This document shows, one piece after another, positions 48,287 to 58,359 of a DNA stretch of 64,000 nucleotides; position 1 is the stretch's first letter, and every line of letters begins with the position of its first letter. The stretch spans positions 64,001 to 128,000 of the IMG/VR virus record IMGVR_UViG_3300029288_000055. One strand, written 5' to 3'. The DNA comes from a virus (Duplodnaviria > Heunggongvirae > Uroviricota > Caudoviricetes). The position numbers and the translations under genes were made by a program. The notes beneath the pieces were generated by a model. It searched no databases, was not told the origin of the DNA, and worked only from the letters and a program-made list of their open reading frames with translations.

Positions 48287-49723
48287 TTACGCTTTTAAAT
48301 TACCGTCAGAAACAACAGTAAATGAAAGTGTTTGTTTGTTTTCGTAATATGAACCATTTTTCAATCTAATCTGCAAATAATAATCTTGCGGAATCAACCA
48401 TGATGTGTCAAGATTAAACTCATATCCTTTATTTGTTCTATTCACTGATGTAAATGGTATTAGATCAAGCTCATATTTTTTTCCTATCGTTGTAAATAAT
48501 CTATATTCAATATCCAAAGGTAAAAAATTATTTTGATTTGCATAGAGTTCTTTAATAGTTAATTTAATTTTTCTTACTGTACCTACTCTAACATTCTCTT
48601 TTTCATTAATTCCCCAAAAATAGAAATAATAATTATCAAAATTCATCTGATTTGATTGATCAAATGTATAATACTTATCTTGTGATATAAGATAAAACTC
48701 ACCTTCAAAAGTAGTTGTTCTACTATTAACAGTTAATGTCCACACATCCTTGAATAAAACAGCATCTGGGTAAGTATTAGAATCAACATTTAATGTAATC
48801 TTATATACACCTTTACTTACATTAATTATTGAACTACCAGTAAGTGTTGCAACAAGATTATCTTCATAATCAAATATTTGTACCTGATTTACAGTAACAT
48901 TTTGTTGAAAATTACCAATATTAACATATAAAAACAAATCATTATCTTTGTCGAGATAAAAATAATTTCTATCATCTTGAATTATATCATCAATTGTTGT
49001 TTCAATATATGGTTCATAATAAGTATTTGTATGTTTTGCATGAAATGCAACTGCCTGTCTAAAGTTAGTTTCAAGTACTTCAAAACTATCTGGAAATTTA
49101 ATACCAAGACCATATGAACTACCAGTAAATGTGGTTGTACCAGTATAACCTGTACCAAATATTCTCTGATTTATATAATCTGTAATATCAATTTCAATAT
49201 CTTCATCACCTTTTTCAAAATGTTCAGTTCCTATTATTTGAGTTACACCACTAATATAAGCACCTTGTACAGTCCAGCCACTTGTTGTTGTTCTGGCTGA
49301 CCAATTAGATGCCTGTGGTATTAAAACAGGGTCTACAACATCCACAAATTGAAAATTGGGGTCGTTATATTCAAACTCATAACCACTACCTTCGTCCCAA
49401 CTTTGATTAATATTAAATAATTCAAGATCAAAACTACTTGCCCTATCAATATTTAAGCTATATGATTTTTTTCCAACATATTGTTGTGCATATCTAATTG
49501 TATTAGTCATATGTAATACATGCTTAACAATTCTACTTGGATTTATTGACCCATCAGCAATTTTAACACGTATATCATCAAAATCTACATCAAAGATAAA
49601 TCTACTTACCTGTGTATTCAATGTACCATATGATACTTCTGTTACAGGATTTTGTGAATTGTTGCTTAGATTATTACCTATCAACGTATTATTTTTCAAG
49701 AAATATGATCTAAAGATTGACAT
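48287..49723 (-). CDS. Putative virion structural protein
   Basis: 478 aa beta-rich composition; GTATTTAT motif upstream. Confidence 0.5.
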   Translation of the reverse strand: MSIFRSYFLKNNTLIGNNLSNNSQNPVTEVSYGTLNTQVSRFIFDVDFDDIRVKIADGSINPSRIVKHVLHMTNTIRYAQQYVGKKSYSLNIDRASSFDLELFNINQSWDEGSGYEFEYNDPNFQFVDVVDPVLIPQASNWSARTTTSGWTVQGAYISGVTQIIGTEHFEKGDEDIEIDITDYINQRIFGTGYTGTTTFTGSSYGLGIKFPDSFEVLETNFRQAVAFHAKHTNTYYEPYIETTIDDIIQDDRNYFYLDKDNDLFLYVNIGNFQQNVTVNQVQIFDYEDNLVATLTGSSIINVSKGVYKITLNVDSNTYPDAVLFKDVWTLTVNSRTTTFEGEFYLISQDKYYTFDQSNQMNFDNYYFYFWGINEKENVRVGTVRKIKLTIKELYANQNNFLPLDIEYRLFTTIGKKYELDLIPFTSVNRTNKGYEFNLDTSWLIPQDYYLQIRLKNGSYYENKQTLSFTVVSDGNLKA

Positions 49724-49753
49724 GTTCTTTTTCTATATAAATACCTCACAAAC

Positions 49754-49780
49754 AAAAAAGACTACACTTCGTAGTCTTTT
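49754..49780 (-). terminator. Intrinsic terminator
   Basis: AAAAGACTAC-GAAGT-GTAGTCTTTTTT. Confidence 0.65.
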
Positions 49781-49801
49781 TATTATTGATATTTACAATT
49801 A

Positions 49802-51964
49802 TTATAATATCTTTTTCAAATTATTGTTCATTAGTATCTGTACCGCTTCTTTTTTAGTCATTCCAGTTGGGACTTTTCTATTACTTAATGTTATTTTAGC
49901 AATTTTAATCTGTTCTTCAGTAATTAAATTATTAATTTTATCGTTTTCTGATTCATTTAATTTCTTCATGAATTGTAAATCTCTTGTTGCTATTTCTTTT
50001 TCACCACTTTGACCCCTTAATGTCACACCACCTTTTACTTTATCTTTTACAACAAATTCATTACCATCTTCATCAGCATATCTGTCACCAATATTTCCAT
50101 TATATTCTTCAAAACCTTGTTCTTCATCAACTTCTTCAGGTTTTTCTTGTGATGTTTTTAGAGAACTGATATCTTGATCTGGATTAGTCATGTCAGATGT
50201 TTCTTTATCACTTTCTGGTTCATCACCCACATTATGTGGTTTGAAACCAAGCAAAATGTCTTCCATATTCTTATCATCACCTTCTTCACCACCAGTCATT
50301 GCATCATTTGCTGCATTTGCTTGTGCCAGCAATTCAGGATTTTGGTCAGCTTCGCCATAATAAAGTTCATCTTCAGTTAAGTGGTCTAAAGTAATTTCCA
50401 ATGCAATCATTGGGTCATTAGTATGTTCCATTTCAACTCTCATACCCTTTAATATCTGATCTGGACTGAATTCAAGTAGTGATTTTCCTTCACCCTTGCC
50501 ACCGGGTATCATTTCACCAGCTTCTTCTTTATCTTGTGCAATCTGTTCAATTTCATCACTTTCTGGTTCGTGTGACATACCACCCATTTGTGAAATATAT
50601 GGGTCTAAACCATGAACAGGTTTATCAGAAATATATGGGTCTAAACCATGAACAGGTTTATCATCACCTTCAGGTTCATTATCCATTGATTGATGTGATA
50701 TTTGATCTTCACCATTATCCATTTCATCACCTTGAAGACCTTGACGTTCAGTATCAATAAAATCAGTATTTGCTACTTCATCATCACCAGTTTCTGGTTC
50801 TTCATTTTTTTCATCCATATGAAAATCACTACCCACTTCAACTTTATCCTTATCATCATAAGCACCGCTTATATCATGTTTTGCCATTCTTGCTGCTCTT
50901 TTGTCAGTTGGAATTTCTAAATCAGGTATTTCTTCATATTCATCATCTTCATTTTCACTTAATTTAACAGAAGTTGTTGGTTTTTTTCTTTTCTTTGGAT
51001 AATGTTCTTTTGGTTTAAATTTCTTACCCATTGGAATTGGATAATCGCCTAACTTTATTTCATCATCTTCATTCATTGTGCTGTAATTACCAATTTCGCC
51101 AGCAGCTTGCATTCTCTGGATTTCTGCATTTATCTCTGCAGCACTTGGAGCATATTCACTTTTACCTACTTTACGTGTTAAATTATGATATGCCTGATGA
51201 AATATCTTTTTCTTTTCAGGTGACAAAGCATCAACGGGTGATTTTGTGCTTACAGGAAAACTTGGTTTTGGTTCACCAATTACTTCTTCGGCAACAGTAG
51301 TCGGACCAACCATTGGTTGCATTTTTAATTTCATGGCAGGTTTATCATATTCATTTACTGGAGCAAATTTTTGTAATTCAGGTGCTTTAGTCCTAATTAC
51401 AGGATTTGTTGGCTTTTCATCACCATATGCCTTATTTGTTTGCATTCTTTCAGGAGTGCCACCAAAAGGATATGAATCAATTTTTTTAATAGCATCTTCA
51501 TATAAACTATCTATTGGTTCACTTTCTTCAACATCAATATATTGATCAATTACATCAAATAATTCGCTGCCATGTTGTGCATTGAATTGTTGTAATCCTT
51601 TTTCATCCATTTCAACTGATTCATCATCTGTTGCTGAATCAAATGTAAAACTTGTCATTATAACGCCATTTACATTATATACGCCTTCCTGATCTCCGCT
51701 ATTTGCATTTACTTTAAAAGTAAATGTTATATTATTACCTTGTTTATCAGTACAAACTAATTCAACAAAACTTATTTCACCTTTCGCTTGACTATTGCTA
51801 CGTTCAATATTAAGTGCACCACTTTTAAGTTGATTAAATGATACGTCAAGAACTGCTTGAGGATTAAAACTCTGTCCAAAATCTTCATTCAATTGAACTT
51901 TATTAACTCTCTGAAATATTTCAGTGAATCTCTCTTTACTACCAATTGGTTTAAATACTTTCAT
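49802..51964 (-). CDS. Large acidic protein, probable internal head protein
   Basis: Shared N-terminal leader ending LNE; GMRVEMEHT..ALEI.LDHL.E..YY domain. Confidence 0.55.
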   Translation of the reverse strand: MKVFKPIGSKERFTEIFQRVNKVQLNEDFGQSFNPQAVLDVSFNQLKSGALNIERSNSQAKGEISFVELVCTDKQGNNITFTFKVNANSGDQEGVYNVNGVIMTSFTFDSATDDESVEMDEKGLQQFNAQHGSELFDVIDQYIDVEESEPIDSLYEDAIKKIDSYPFGGTPERMQTNKAYGDEKPTNPVIRTKAPELQKFAPVNEYDKPAMKLKMQPMVGPTTVAEEVIGEPKPSFPVSTKSPVDALSPEKKKIFHQAYHNLTRKVGKSEYAPSAAEINAEIQRMQAAGEIGNYSTMNEDDEIKLGDYPIPMGKKFKPKEHYPKKRKKPTTSVKLSENEDDEYEEIPDLEIPTDKRAARMAKHDISGAYDDKDKVEVGSDFHMDEKNEEPETGDDEVANTDFIDTERQGLQGDEMDNGEDQISHQSMDNEPEGDDKPVHGLDPYISDKPVHGLDPYISQMGGMSHEPESDEIEQIAQDKEEAGEMIPGGKGEGKSLLEFSPDQILKGMRVEMEHTNDPMIALEITLDHLTEDELYYGEADQNPELLAQANAANDAMTGGEEGDDKNMEDILLGFKPHNVGDEPESDKETSDMTNPDQDISSLKTSQEKPEEVDEEQGFEEYNGNIGDRYADEDGNEFVVKDKVKGGVTLRGQSGEKEIATRDLQFMKKLNESENDKINNLITEEQIKIAKITLSNRKVPTGMTKKEAVQILMNNNLKKIL
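50592..50663. repeat. Perfect in-frame 36-bp tandem duplication (DKPVHGLDPYIS x2)
   Basis: gaaatatatgggtctaaaccatgaacaggtttatca occurs twice. Confidence 0.9.
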
Positions 51965-51975
51965 GTCTTATATTA

Positions 51976-52422
51976 TTATTCAAAAATTATTGGATATTTT
52001 GTGCCAAATTCTCTCATAAATACACCAGCAAGAGCATTTGCTTCATTTTCATGCTCACTGCCAGTATCGTTAGAATCTGGATTTAATATGCCTTTTAGAC
52101 GTTGCATATGATGTATTAGTTCATGTGCCAATGTTCTTAGTACGTCTGCCAAGTTTCTGTTTATTGCAACTACCCTTAATTCATTTGTTTCTGGTGTGTA
52201 CTTACCAAAAGAATGCATACCTTGTGCTTCTTTTTCATCATAAGATATCACAATCTTTGGCATTTTGTCACCAAAACCAAGTTTTTCTTTTAAAAATTCA
52301 ATAAATTTTTCGATAATCTCATTTTTCTTCTCAACTGGAAGAACTTGTTCATTAAGATTATTAACTCTCTTCATCATTTCAAAGAGACGTTCTGGAGTAC
52401 CATATGCATTAAAAACTTTCAC
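51976..52422 (-). CDS. Zincin-like metallopeptidase
   Basis: LAHELIH...HENEANA. Confidence 0.7.
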   Translation of the reverse strand: MKVFNAYGTPERLFEMMKRVNNLNEQVLPVEKKNEIIEKFIEFLKEKLGFGDKMPKIVISYDEKEAQGMHSFGKYTPETNELRVVAINRNLADVLRTLAHELIHHMQRLKGILNPDSNDTGSEHENEANALAGVFMREFGTKYPIIFE

Positions 52423-52423
52423 T

Positions 52424-52675
52424 TTAAACTTGTTTCAACTGAGGATATTTATCTTCCAGTGCTGATGTTATAATATCAACGGCAACTGATTGTTCATAAT
52501 ATTTTAATTTCCATAATAATTCAGCGATAAATGCTCTCAATTCTTTATTTGTGGGTGGTGTTTTAAATGACCAATCACTATCAAATTCTTGTTTTTCATC
52601 CATCCATTCTTTAAGGTTAATTTTATTTACCTTTTCAAATGTTTCAAACAACTTTCTTTTATCACTATTTGCCAT
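52424..52675 (-). CDS. Small hypothetical protein with shared N-terminal leader
   Basis: RKLFETFEKVNKINLKE is similar to neighbours' N-termini. Confidence 0.6.
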   Translation of the reverse strand: MANSDKRKLFETFEKVNKINLKEWMDEKQEFDSDWSFKTPPTNKELRAFIAELLWKLKYYEQSVAVDIITSALEDKYPQLKQV

Positions 52676-52681
52676 ATTATT

Positions 52682-53461
52682 TTATATCTCATTAAAACTA
52701 TTTTGTACATCAATCTTAGACTTCTGTGGTAAATCATCAAAATCCGCAACAAACGTACCGTCTGGCAATTCATTAATGCCCTTTTCATTTTCTTTTGATC
52801 TTTGTTCATTAAACCAATTACCTGACCAAAAATCATTTAAATTAAAATAATACGGATAACTTACATTTTTTTTACTCATAAGTTTTTCAGTATTAGTCGG
52901 TTCACGGACTTCTTCAACCTCATTACTTAATGTTGCAAATTTATTATCCAAACCTTTCACAGTACTATCCAGACTTTCTAATTTGTCATGAATGCTTTTC
53001 ATTGCTTCGATATTACTTTTAATAATATCGTTTTGTATAGTATTAACTTCTTGTGCTGGGTCAGGAATACCCATAGGGTCTGCTGCTTGAGGACCGCCAA
53101 TCAATGTGTCGGCATTCATATCACCAAGTTGCTCACCACCACCTGTTTTATCAAATGCTGGTACTGGAGCATCAATAGGTGCGTTTGTATTTTGTGGTTC
53201 ATCGTTCGATGGCGCAGGAGGTTCTTGTCCTTCTGGTTTAGGAACATCTTCTTGATCACCAGCTTCCATAGTTAATCCCTGACTGGTAGGAACAGGTTGA
53301 CCGTCCCTTGTCATATAATTGCTATCTGGAACGGAATCAAATTCCTCATTATCACCAACCAACGGACGATATTTAGGAGATTCGTTGATCTTATAACCAA
53401 CACGAAATTTAATCTTTCTTAGATGTTCCGCTAAAAGATTATCATTTTTTTCATTTTTCAT
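52682..53461 (-). CDS. Hypothetical acidic/coiled-coil protein
   Basis: 259 aa ORF in operon. Confidence 0.6.
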   Translation of the reverse strand: MKNEKNDNLLAEHLRKIKFRVGYKINESPKYRPLVGDNEEFDSVPDSNYMTRDGQPVPTSQGLTMEAGDQEDVPKPEGQEPPAPSNDEPQNTNAPIDAPVPAFDKTGGGEQLGDMNADTLIGGPQAADPMGIPDPAQEVNTIQNDIIKSNIEAMKSIHDKLESLDSTVKGLDNKFATLSNEVEEVREPTNTEKLMSKKNVSYPYYFNLNDFWSGNWFNEQRSKENEKGINELPDGTFVADFDDLPQKSKIDVQNSFNEI

Positions 53462-53474
53462 TGTCGAATGAATA

Positions 53475-53666
53475 TTAATATCTTTCTCTCAATAATTGTT
53501 TGCCGTCTTTTGTAACGAAAACCTTATCTACTCTTTCAATTAAGCCTTCACGTTCATCGAGAACAACTTTTTTTGAATTTTCGATCTTTGCCTTTTCTAC
53601 TAATTCTTCTTCAGTTTCAGGAGTTTTGACAAAATTATCAAGTGCTTTTTCTACTTTATTTTCCAT
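53475..53666 (-). CDS. Small hypothetical protein
   Basis: 63 aa; GTATTTAT motif upstream. Confidence 0.55.
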   Translation of the reverse strand: MENKVEKALDNFVKTPETEEELVEKAKIENSKKVVLDEREGLIERVDKVFVTKDGKQLLRERY

Positions 53667-53704
53667 AGTACTTATAATTATTTCATATAAATACTATGTT
53701 GTAT

Positions 53705-54340
53705 TCAATTTGACAAGATAACTATTAGATATCTTTTAAGGTGAGCAAAATTTGGAAGTATTTTATAATATGATAGATATGTATTGCCATCCAAATCATC
53801 AATACATTTTTTTGTTCTTTCAGTAATTTTAATTATGATTTCTTTAACATCAAACTTAAAAAAGTCATACATTTTTAAATTAATACCAGTAATTTTATTT
53901 TCATAAAGAAGATATATCATTTCATTTTTAAAATTATATAAAAAATCAATTTCTTTTGGTAACACATCCATTAATCCTTGAATATCAACTATTTGAAAAA
54001 ATACAGGGTCTAAATTAATATAAGTATATTTGGGTTGAAAATAAAATTGTGGAACTAAACTAACAAATTTATCAACACCCTTAACATGTGATGGCTTACT
54101 TTCTTCAAAACTACATTCCCAATATAATTCATTAAAAATGATTTTCTTTTTTAAAATGTCAGCATTTTGAATTATTGAATTGTTTGGATTACATACCTTC
54201 ATAAATGACCAACCAACGTATAATGTTGGTAATGATTTGTCTACTTTATCATACTCAGTTGGCGTATTAATATAATTTACATAATCTACTTTAGTATGAT
54301 TTACCAATTCTTTTTCATAAATAATATTAGCGAGTTTCAT
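53705..54340 (-). CDS. Hypothetical protein
   Basis: 211 aa ORF overlapping the hldD stop. Confidence 0.55.
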   Translation of the reverse strand: MKLANIIYEKELVNHTKVDYVNYINTPTEYDKVDKSLPTLYVGWSFMKVCNPNNSIIQNADILKKKIIFNELYWECSFEESKPSHVKGVDKFVSLVPQFYFQPKYTYINLDPVFFQIVDIQGLMDVLPKEIDFLYNFKNEMIYLLYENKITGINLKMYDFFKFDVKEIIIKITERTKKCIDDLDGNTYLSYYKILPNFAHLKRYLIVILSN

Positions 54341-55235
54341 ATTTTAATTTATTTATATACTTTAAAACACCGTCTTCCAATTCATGAAATGGTTTATTAT
54401 AACCAACACTTCTTAACTTAATAATCTTTGCCTCAGTAAAATATTGATATTTATTTCTTATTTTAATTGGAGTGTCAATATATGTAAATTTTTCGGGTTT
54501 TCCAAGACATTTAAAAACTGCTTTTGCCACATCATTAAATGAACGTGCTTTTCCTGTACCAACATTATATAAACCAGATATTGGTTTTTCATTACCCATA
54601 AATAAACAAACATCTACAATATCGTCAACATAAATAAAATCTCGTAATTGTTCACCATCTGCATAATCTGGACGATGTGATTTAAACAATTTTACCTGAT
54701 CTTCAGTAGTTACTTGATTATAAAAATGAAATATTGTTGATGCCATGTTGCCTTTATGTGCTTCACCATAACCATAAACATTAAAGAATTTTAATCCATA
54801 CCAATATGACGGTTGTTCTTCTTGCATTTCTGCCCATATATCAATTTGTTGCTTTGACCAGCCATATGGATTAAGTGGATTAAGATTTAAAATATCCATT
54901 TCATCATCAAAACCTTGCTCACCATTACCATATGTTGCTGCAGAACTTGCATAAACTAACGGAATTTTATAATTAACGCACAAACACCAAATAAATATTG
55001 TGGATTCTACATTAAACCTATCAAATATTTCACTATTCATTTCAGTAGTATCAGTATTTGCGCCAAGATGATATATAATATCAATTTCTCTGGCATGCGT
55101 CATAAGCCAGCCATATATTGAATCTAACGATTCGTTTCGAGTATCAAGAACTACAATACCAATATTACCTTGTCGTTGTAATTCTTTGACAAGATTTTGT
55201 CCAATAAACCCTTCACCACCAGTTACTACTATCAT
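54327..55235 (-). CDS. hldD: ADP-L-glycero-D-manno-heptose 6-epimerase
   Basis: VVTGGEGFIG, YASSAATYG, PLNPYGWSK, FFNVYG..EAHKGNMAS, QLRDFIYV, YQYFTEA. Confidence 0.9.
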   Translation of the reverse strand: MIVVTGGEGFIGQNLVKELQRQGNIGIVVLDTRNESLDSIYGWLMTHAREIDIIYHLGANTDTTEMNSEIFDRFNVESTIFIWCLCVNYKIPLVYASSAATYGNGEQGFDDEMDILNLNPLNPYGWSKQQIDIWAEMQEEQPSYWYGLKFFNVYGYGEAHKGNMASTIFHFYNQVTTEDQVKLFKSHRPDYADGEQLRDFIYVDDIVDVCLFMGNEKPISGLYNVGTGKARSFNDVAKAVFKCLGKPEKFTYIDTPIKIRNKYQYFTEAKIIKLRSVGYNKPFHELEDGVLKYINKLKYETR

Positions 55236-55672
55236 AAATTCTTTATTTTTTCAATAACATTTGTTGTTGATCTGTTATCTACTTCGTAATATACCACTCC
55301 ATATTTCGAATTCTCATAACCAATTACTTCCCTGTTTTTATATTGATCACCAACAATCATATAATCAATATTCAATATTTTAATCAAGTTTCTTAATTCA
55401 TCATCTGTGCTAAATATAAATACTTTGTCAACCATTCTCAAATTACGCATTATTGTTAACCTTGTGTTAAGGTCATTAATTGGTCGTTTATTTCCTTTTA
55501 ATTGCTTAACCCTTTCATCTGTATCAAGTCCAACAAATAACTTATTAAATGGCTTAAATCCTACAATATCGTGGTGTGTTTTAAGACCATCATTATAATT
55601 CTTCGCATACCACAATAAATCAATGTGCCCTGTGTGTAATATGTCAAAACATCCATTTGTCCAGATATTCAT
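55232..55672 (-). CDS. rfaE2: Heptose-1-phosphate adenylyltransferase (RfaE domain II-like)
   Basis: TNGCFDILHTGH, LKGNKRPIN, RSTT. Confidence 0.82.
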   Translation of the reverse strand: MNIWTNGCFDILHTGHIDLLWYAKNYNDGLKTHHDIVGFKPFNKLFVGLDTDERVKQLKGNKRPINDLNTRLTIMRNLRMVDKVFIFSTDDELRNLIKILNIDYMIVGDQYKNREVIGYENSKYGVVYYEVDNRSTTNVIEKIKNL

Positions 55673-55673
55673 T

Positions 55674-55961
55674 TTAAATTTCTTCTATTCTCTTACTCTT
55701 ATCATCGATCAGCAAATCATATGCAGGTTTCTGTCTCATAACTACATCATGAAATTTACAACCCCAATCAGTGAGTTGCATTGCTGTCAATTCAGTCCAG
55801 TTTCTACCTGTATTCTGACCTCTGGCTGACCAATAAATAATTATGTTTCCTTCGTCATAAAGTTTATTGATCTTTGCAATAGCAGCATGATCTGGTTTTG
55901 AATTATCATAACCACCTTCAGTATGACAGATTGTTCCGTCAATATCACAATATATCAGCAT
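55674..55961 (-). CDS. Small HAD-family phosphatase
   Basis: DIDGTI, WSAR, KP.YDLLIDDK. Confidence 0.75.
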   Translation of the reverse strand: MLIYCDIDGTICHTEGGYDNSKPDHAAIAKINKLYDEGNIIIYWSARGQNTGRNWTELTAMQLTDWGCKFHDVVMRQKPAYDLLIDDKSKRIEEI

Positions 55962-55965
55962 TATT

Positions 55966-57102
55966 CTAATCTCCTTTCTCTATTCTTATTGAGTCTTCTG
56001 GAAAATCAGTTGTTGAAACTTCAACAATAATTGAATTTGATAAAGCCATTAACTGATGTTCCATATTCGGTTTAATTTCAATCTTATCACCTGCCTTGAA
56101 TTTAAAGTAATCGAAAATTTCATTATCTTCGGTATTCAGCACACATTCAAAACTACCCCACATACAAAACCATAGTTCTTGCTTTAATATGTGTTTATGC
56201 CAGCTAAACTTCTTTCCCTTAAAAAAAACCAAGTATTTCAAACAATACTTATCGTTATTAACTAAATGTATTTCCAATCCCCACCCCTTTTTAACTATTT
56301 TAGAGTTTGAACATAATCCGATAAAAACCAGAGTCCAAAACTCTCTATTATAGTTGGTGATATTGTGGCATCTTCTACATAAGGTTATTAAATTATTTTC
56401 GTCCTTATTTTTCTTATTATAATCAATATGATGCACATGTAAATCTTCAGTCGCACCACATAGTTGACAACAATTGTTATCTCTTTTTTTAATTTTATTT
56501 TTTAATTTCTTATTAAATCCAAACGAATATTTATGATCCCCATTAATATTAGTAGTAAATTCTTTATTGTTACCATTATTCCTCGAACAATCCAATGAAC
56601 AAAACACTCTTTCCTGTCCTTTATGTAGATTTCTTCTTGTGTATTCGAATTTCTCACCACAATCCTCACAAATTCTATTTTCTTTATCGCCAATCCACGC
56701 AGGATTATTTTCATTTAACCTCTGTTGACTCATATATATGCTTAAACATTCTCTGGAACACACAATTCTTTCACCATAATGTTTAAACTCTTTACCACAA
56801 ACCAAACAATTCGATGTTGTTCGTGAATCACCCTTCTCTATTGCTTCTAACTGACATTTCTTTGAGCAATATTGTCTGTCTTTTTCCCAAGTCGGTACAT
56901 TAAATTCTTTTTGACATTTTTTACAAACCAACGTTAATTTACGATTTTCATTGGTTTGTTTTTTATTTTGAATTCGTTTACATGTATAACAAATATCAGT
57001 GTTCACATATCTCTTATCAACATGTCCGTGTTTACAAGGTTCGCCAGTAAAATACCATTTTTGACCAATTTTTTTTGCTTCTTCCCTTGTAATTATTTTC
57101 AT
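55966..57102 (-). CDS. Zn-finger/HNH endonuclease fused in frame to a sugar-isomerase-like cupin
   Basis: RDNNCCQLCG..LHVHHIDY...NLITLCRRCH, then KKGWGLE...FSWHKH..KQE...HQL...EVST. Confidence 0.72.
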   Translation of the reverse strand: MKIITREEAKKIGQKWYFTGEPCKHGHVDKRYVNTDICYTCKRIQNKKQTNENRKLTLVCKKCQKEFNVPTWEKDRQYCSKKCQLEAIEKGDSRTTSNCLVCGKEFKHYGERIVCSRECLSIYMSQQRLNENNPAWIGDKENRICEDCGEKFEYTRRNLHKGQERVFCSLDCSRNNGNNKEFTTNINGDHKYSFGFNKKLKNKIKKRDNNCCQLCGATEDLHVHHIDYNKKNKDENNLITLCRRCHNITNYNREFWTLVFIGLCSNSKIVKKGWGLEIHLVNNDKYCLKYLVFFKGKKFSWHKHILKQELWFCMWGSFECVLNTEDNEIFDYFKFKAGDKIEIKPNMEHQLMALSNSIIVEVSTTDFPEDSIRIEKGD

Positions 57103-57103
57103 T

Positions 57104-57877
57104 TTATTGTATTTTATTTAAATCAATAGTAACTACCCCCTTTTGTGTAACTACCCATGAAGCACATTTATTTGCAAAATCTATCGCTTTTTCCATGTTT
57201 TTATTTTCCAAATACTTTGCCACCAGTGCAGCCATAAAAGTATCGCCAGCACCACTTAAATCTCTTACTGGATGATCTTCATTAATTGAAATTAGATGCT
57301 GTACAATTTTTTTCTTCAAATTTGAATACATTGCACCTTTATCACCAAGAGTAATAATTACATTATTTTCAAACATATGATCTAACCATGCTTGGTTTCT
57401 CTGATATTCTTTGTTATTTACTTTGATACAAAATATATTACTACACCAAATACTAATTTCTTTTTTAGTGTCCATAAATACATGATTGTGATTTTCTGTT
57501 AAATATTCAATATCGTCTATGTCAAGAAATCCTTTATTATAATCACTAACCACAATTGCATCGTATTTTTTAAAATCAATATCTGCCAGTCGTTCTACAG
57601 TAACTTCATCAACTTCATCGTTTTCATCAACCCTGAGTAACATTTGATTGCTGGTTTCATCAACATAACGAGTTTTAGTTATACCACTATCAGTAATAAT
57701 ATCACATTCAACACCCAACGCTAATAAATTAGCATATACATTCATTGCCATACCGCTATTATGATTCTTTTTTGTTGGCTTAAATATAGGAACTGGTGCT
57801 TCAGGACTCAGCCTATCACACTTACCGTATTGAAATACATCTTTACAACCATCACCAATTACTAATACTTTTTTCAT
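57104..57877 (-). CDS. rfaE1: Heptose-7-phosphate kinase (RfaE domain I, PfkB family)
   Basis: RLSPEAPVP, KTRY, VSDYNKG, DLSGAGDTF. Confidence 0.85.
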   Translation of the reverse strand: MKKVLVIGDGCKDVFQYGKCDRLSPEAPVPIFKPTKKNHNSGMAMNVYANLLALGVECDIITDSGITKTRYVDETSNQMLLRVDENDEVDEVTVERLADIDFKKYDAIVVSDYNKGFLDIDDIEYLTENHNHVFMDTKKEISIWCSNIFCIKVNNKEYQRNQAWLDHMFENNVIITLGDKGAMYSNLKKKIVQHLISINEDHPVRDLSGAGDTFMAALVAKYLENKNMEKAIDFANKCASWVVTQKGVVTIDLNKIQ

Positions 57878-57879
57878 AA

Positions 57880-58359
57880 TTAAAATTCTTCTCTTAATAT
57901 CGACATTATTATTGAATTAACCCAAACACCATTCTTTTGTACTTCTTCTCTTTTAATTCCTTCTATTATAAATCCAATTTTTTTATATAATGAAATTGCT
58001 CTTATATTTGTTTCCAATACTTCTAATGATATTTTATGTAAATTTAATTTATTAAACAAAATTGGTATAAATATACAATAGCTTGCATATGCAATTCCCA
58101 TACCTCTATAATCCTTATGTAAATCAGCACCAATGTAAATATTTTTGTTTTTAATTGAATAATTGCTTGTTCTAAAGTATCCTACATTTTCTCCTAAAAA
58201 TTTAATCATCCAGAACATCGGCTTAGTCTTATTAAACCAATCAATTGTTTGTTTAAGCGTATATTTGTCTGAATCATGTAAATATTCTTCACAACATTCA
58301 TTTCTAACTTCATTTAAAAAAGATAAATCATCAAATTTTATTTCATTAATTTCAATCAT
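57880..58359 (-). CDS. GNAT N-acetyltransferase (RimJ/PseH-like)
   Basis: YRGMGIA, LEVLETNIRAISLYKKIGF..EG. Confidence 0.8.
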   Translation of the reverse strand: MIEINEIKFDDLSFLNEVRNECCEEYLHDSDKYTLKQTIDWFNKTKPMFWMIKFLGENVGYFRTSNYSIKNKNIYIGADLHKDYRGMGIAYASYCIFIPILFNKLNLHKISLEVLETNIRAISLYKKIGFIIEGIKREEVQKNGVWVNSIIMSILREEF

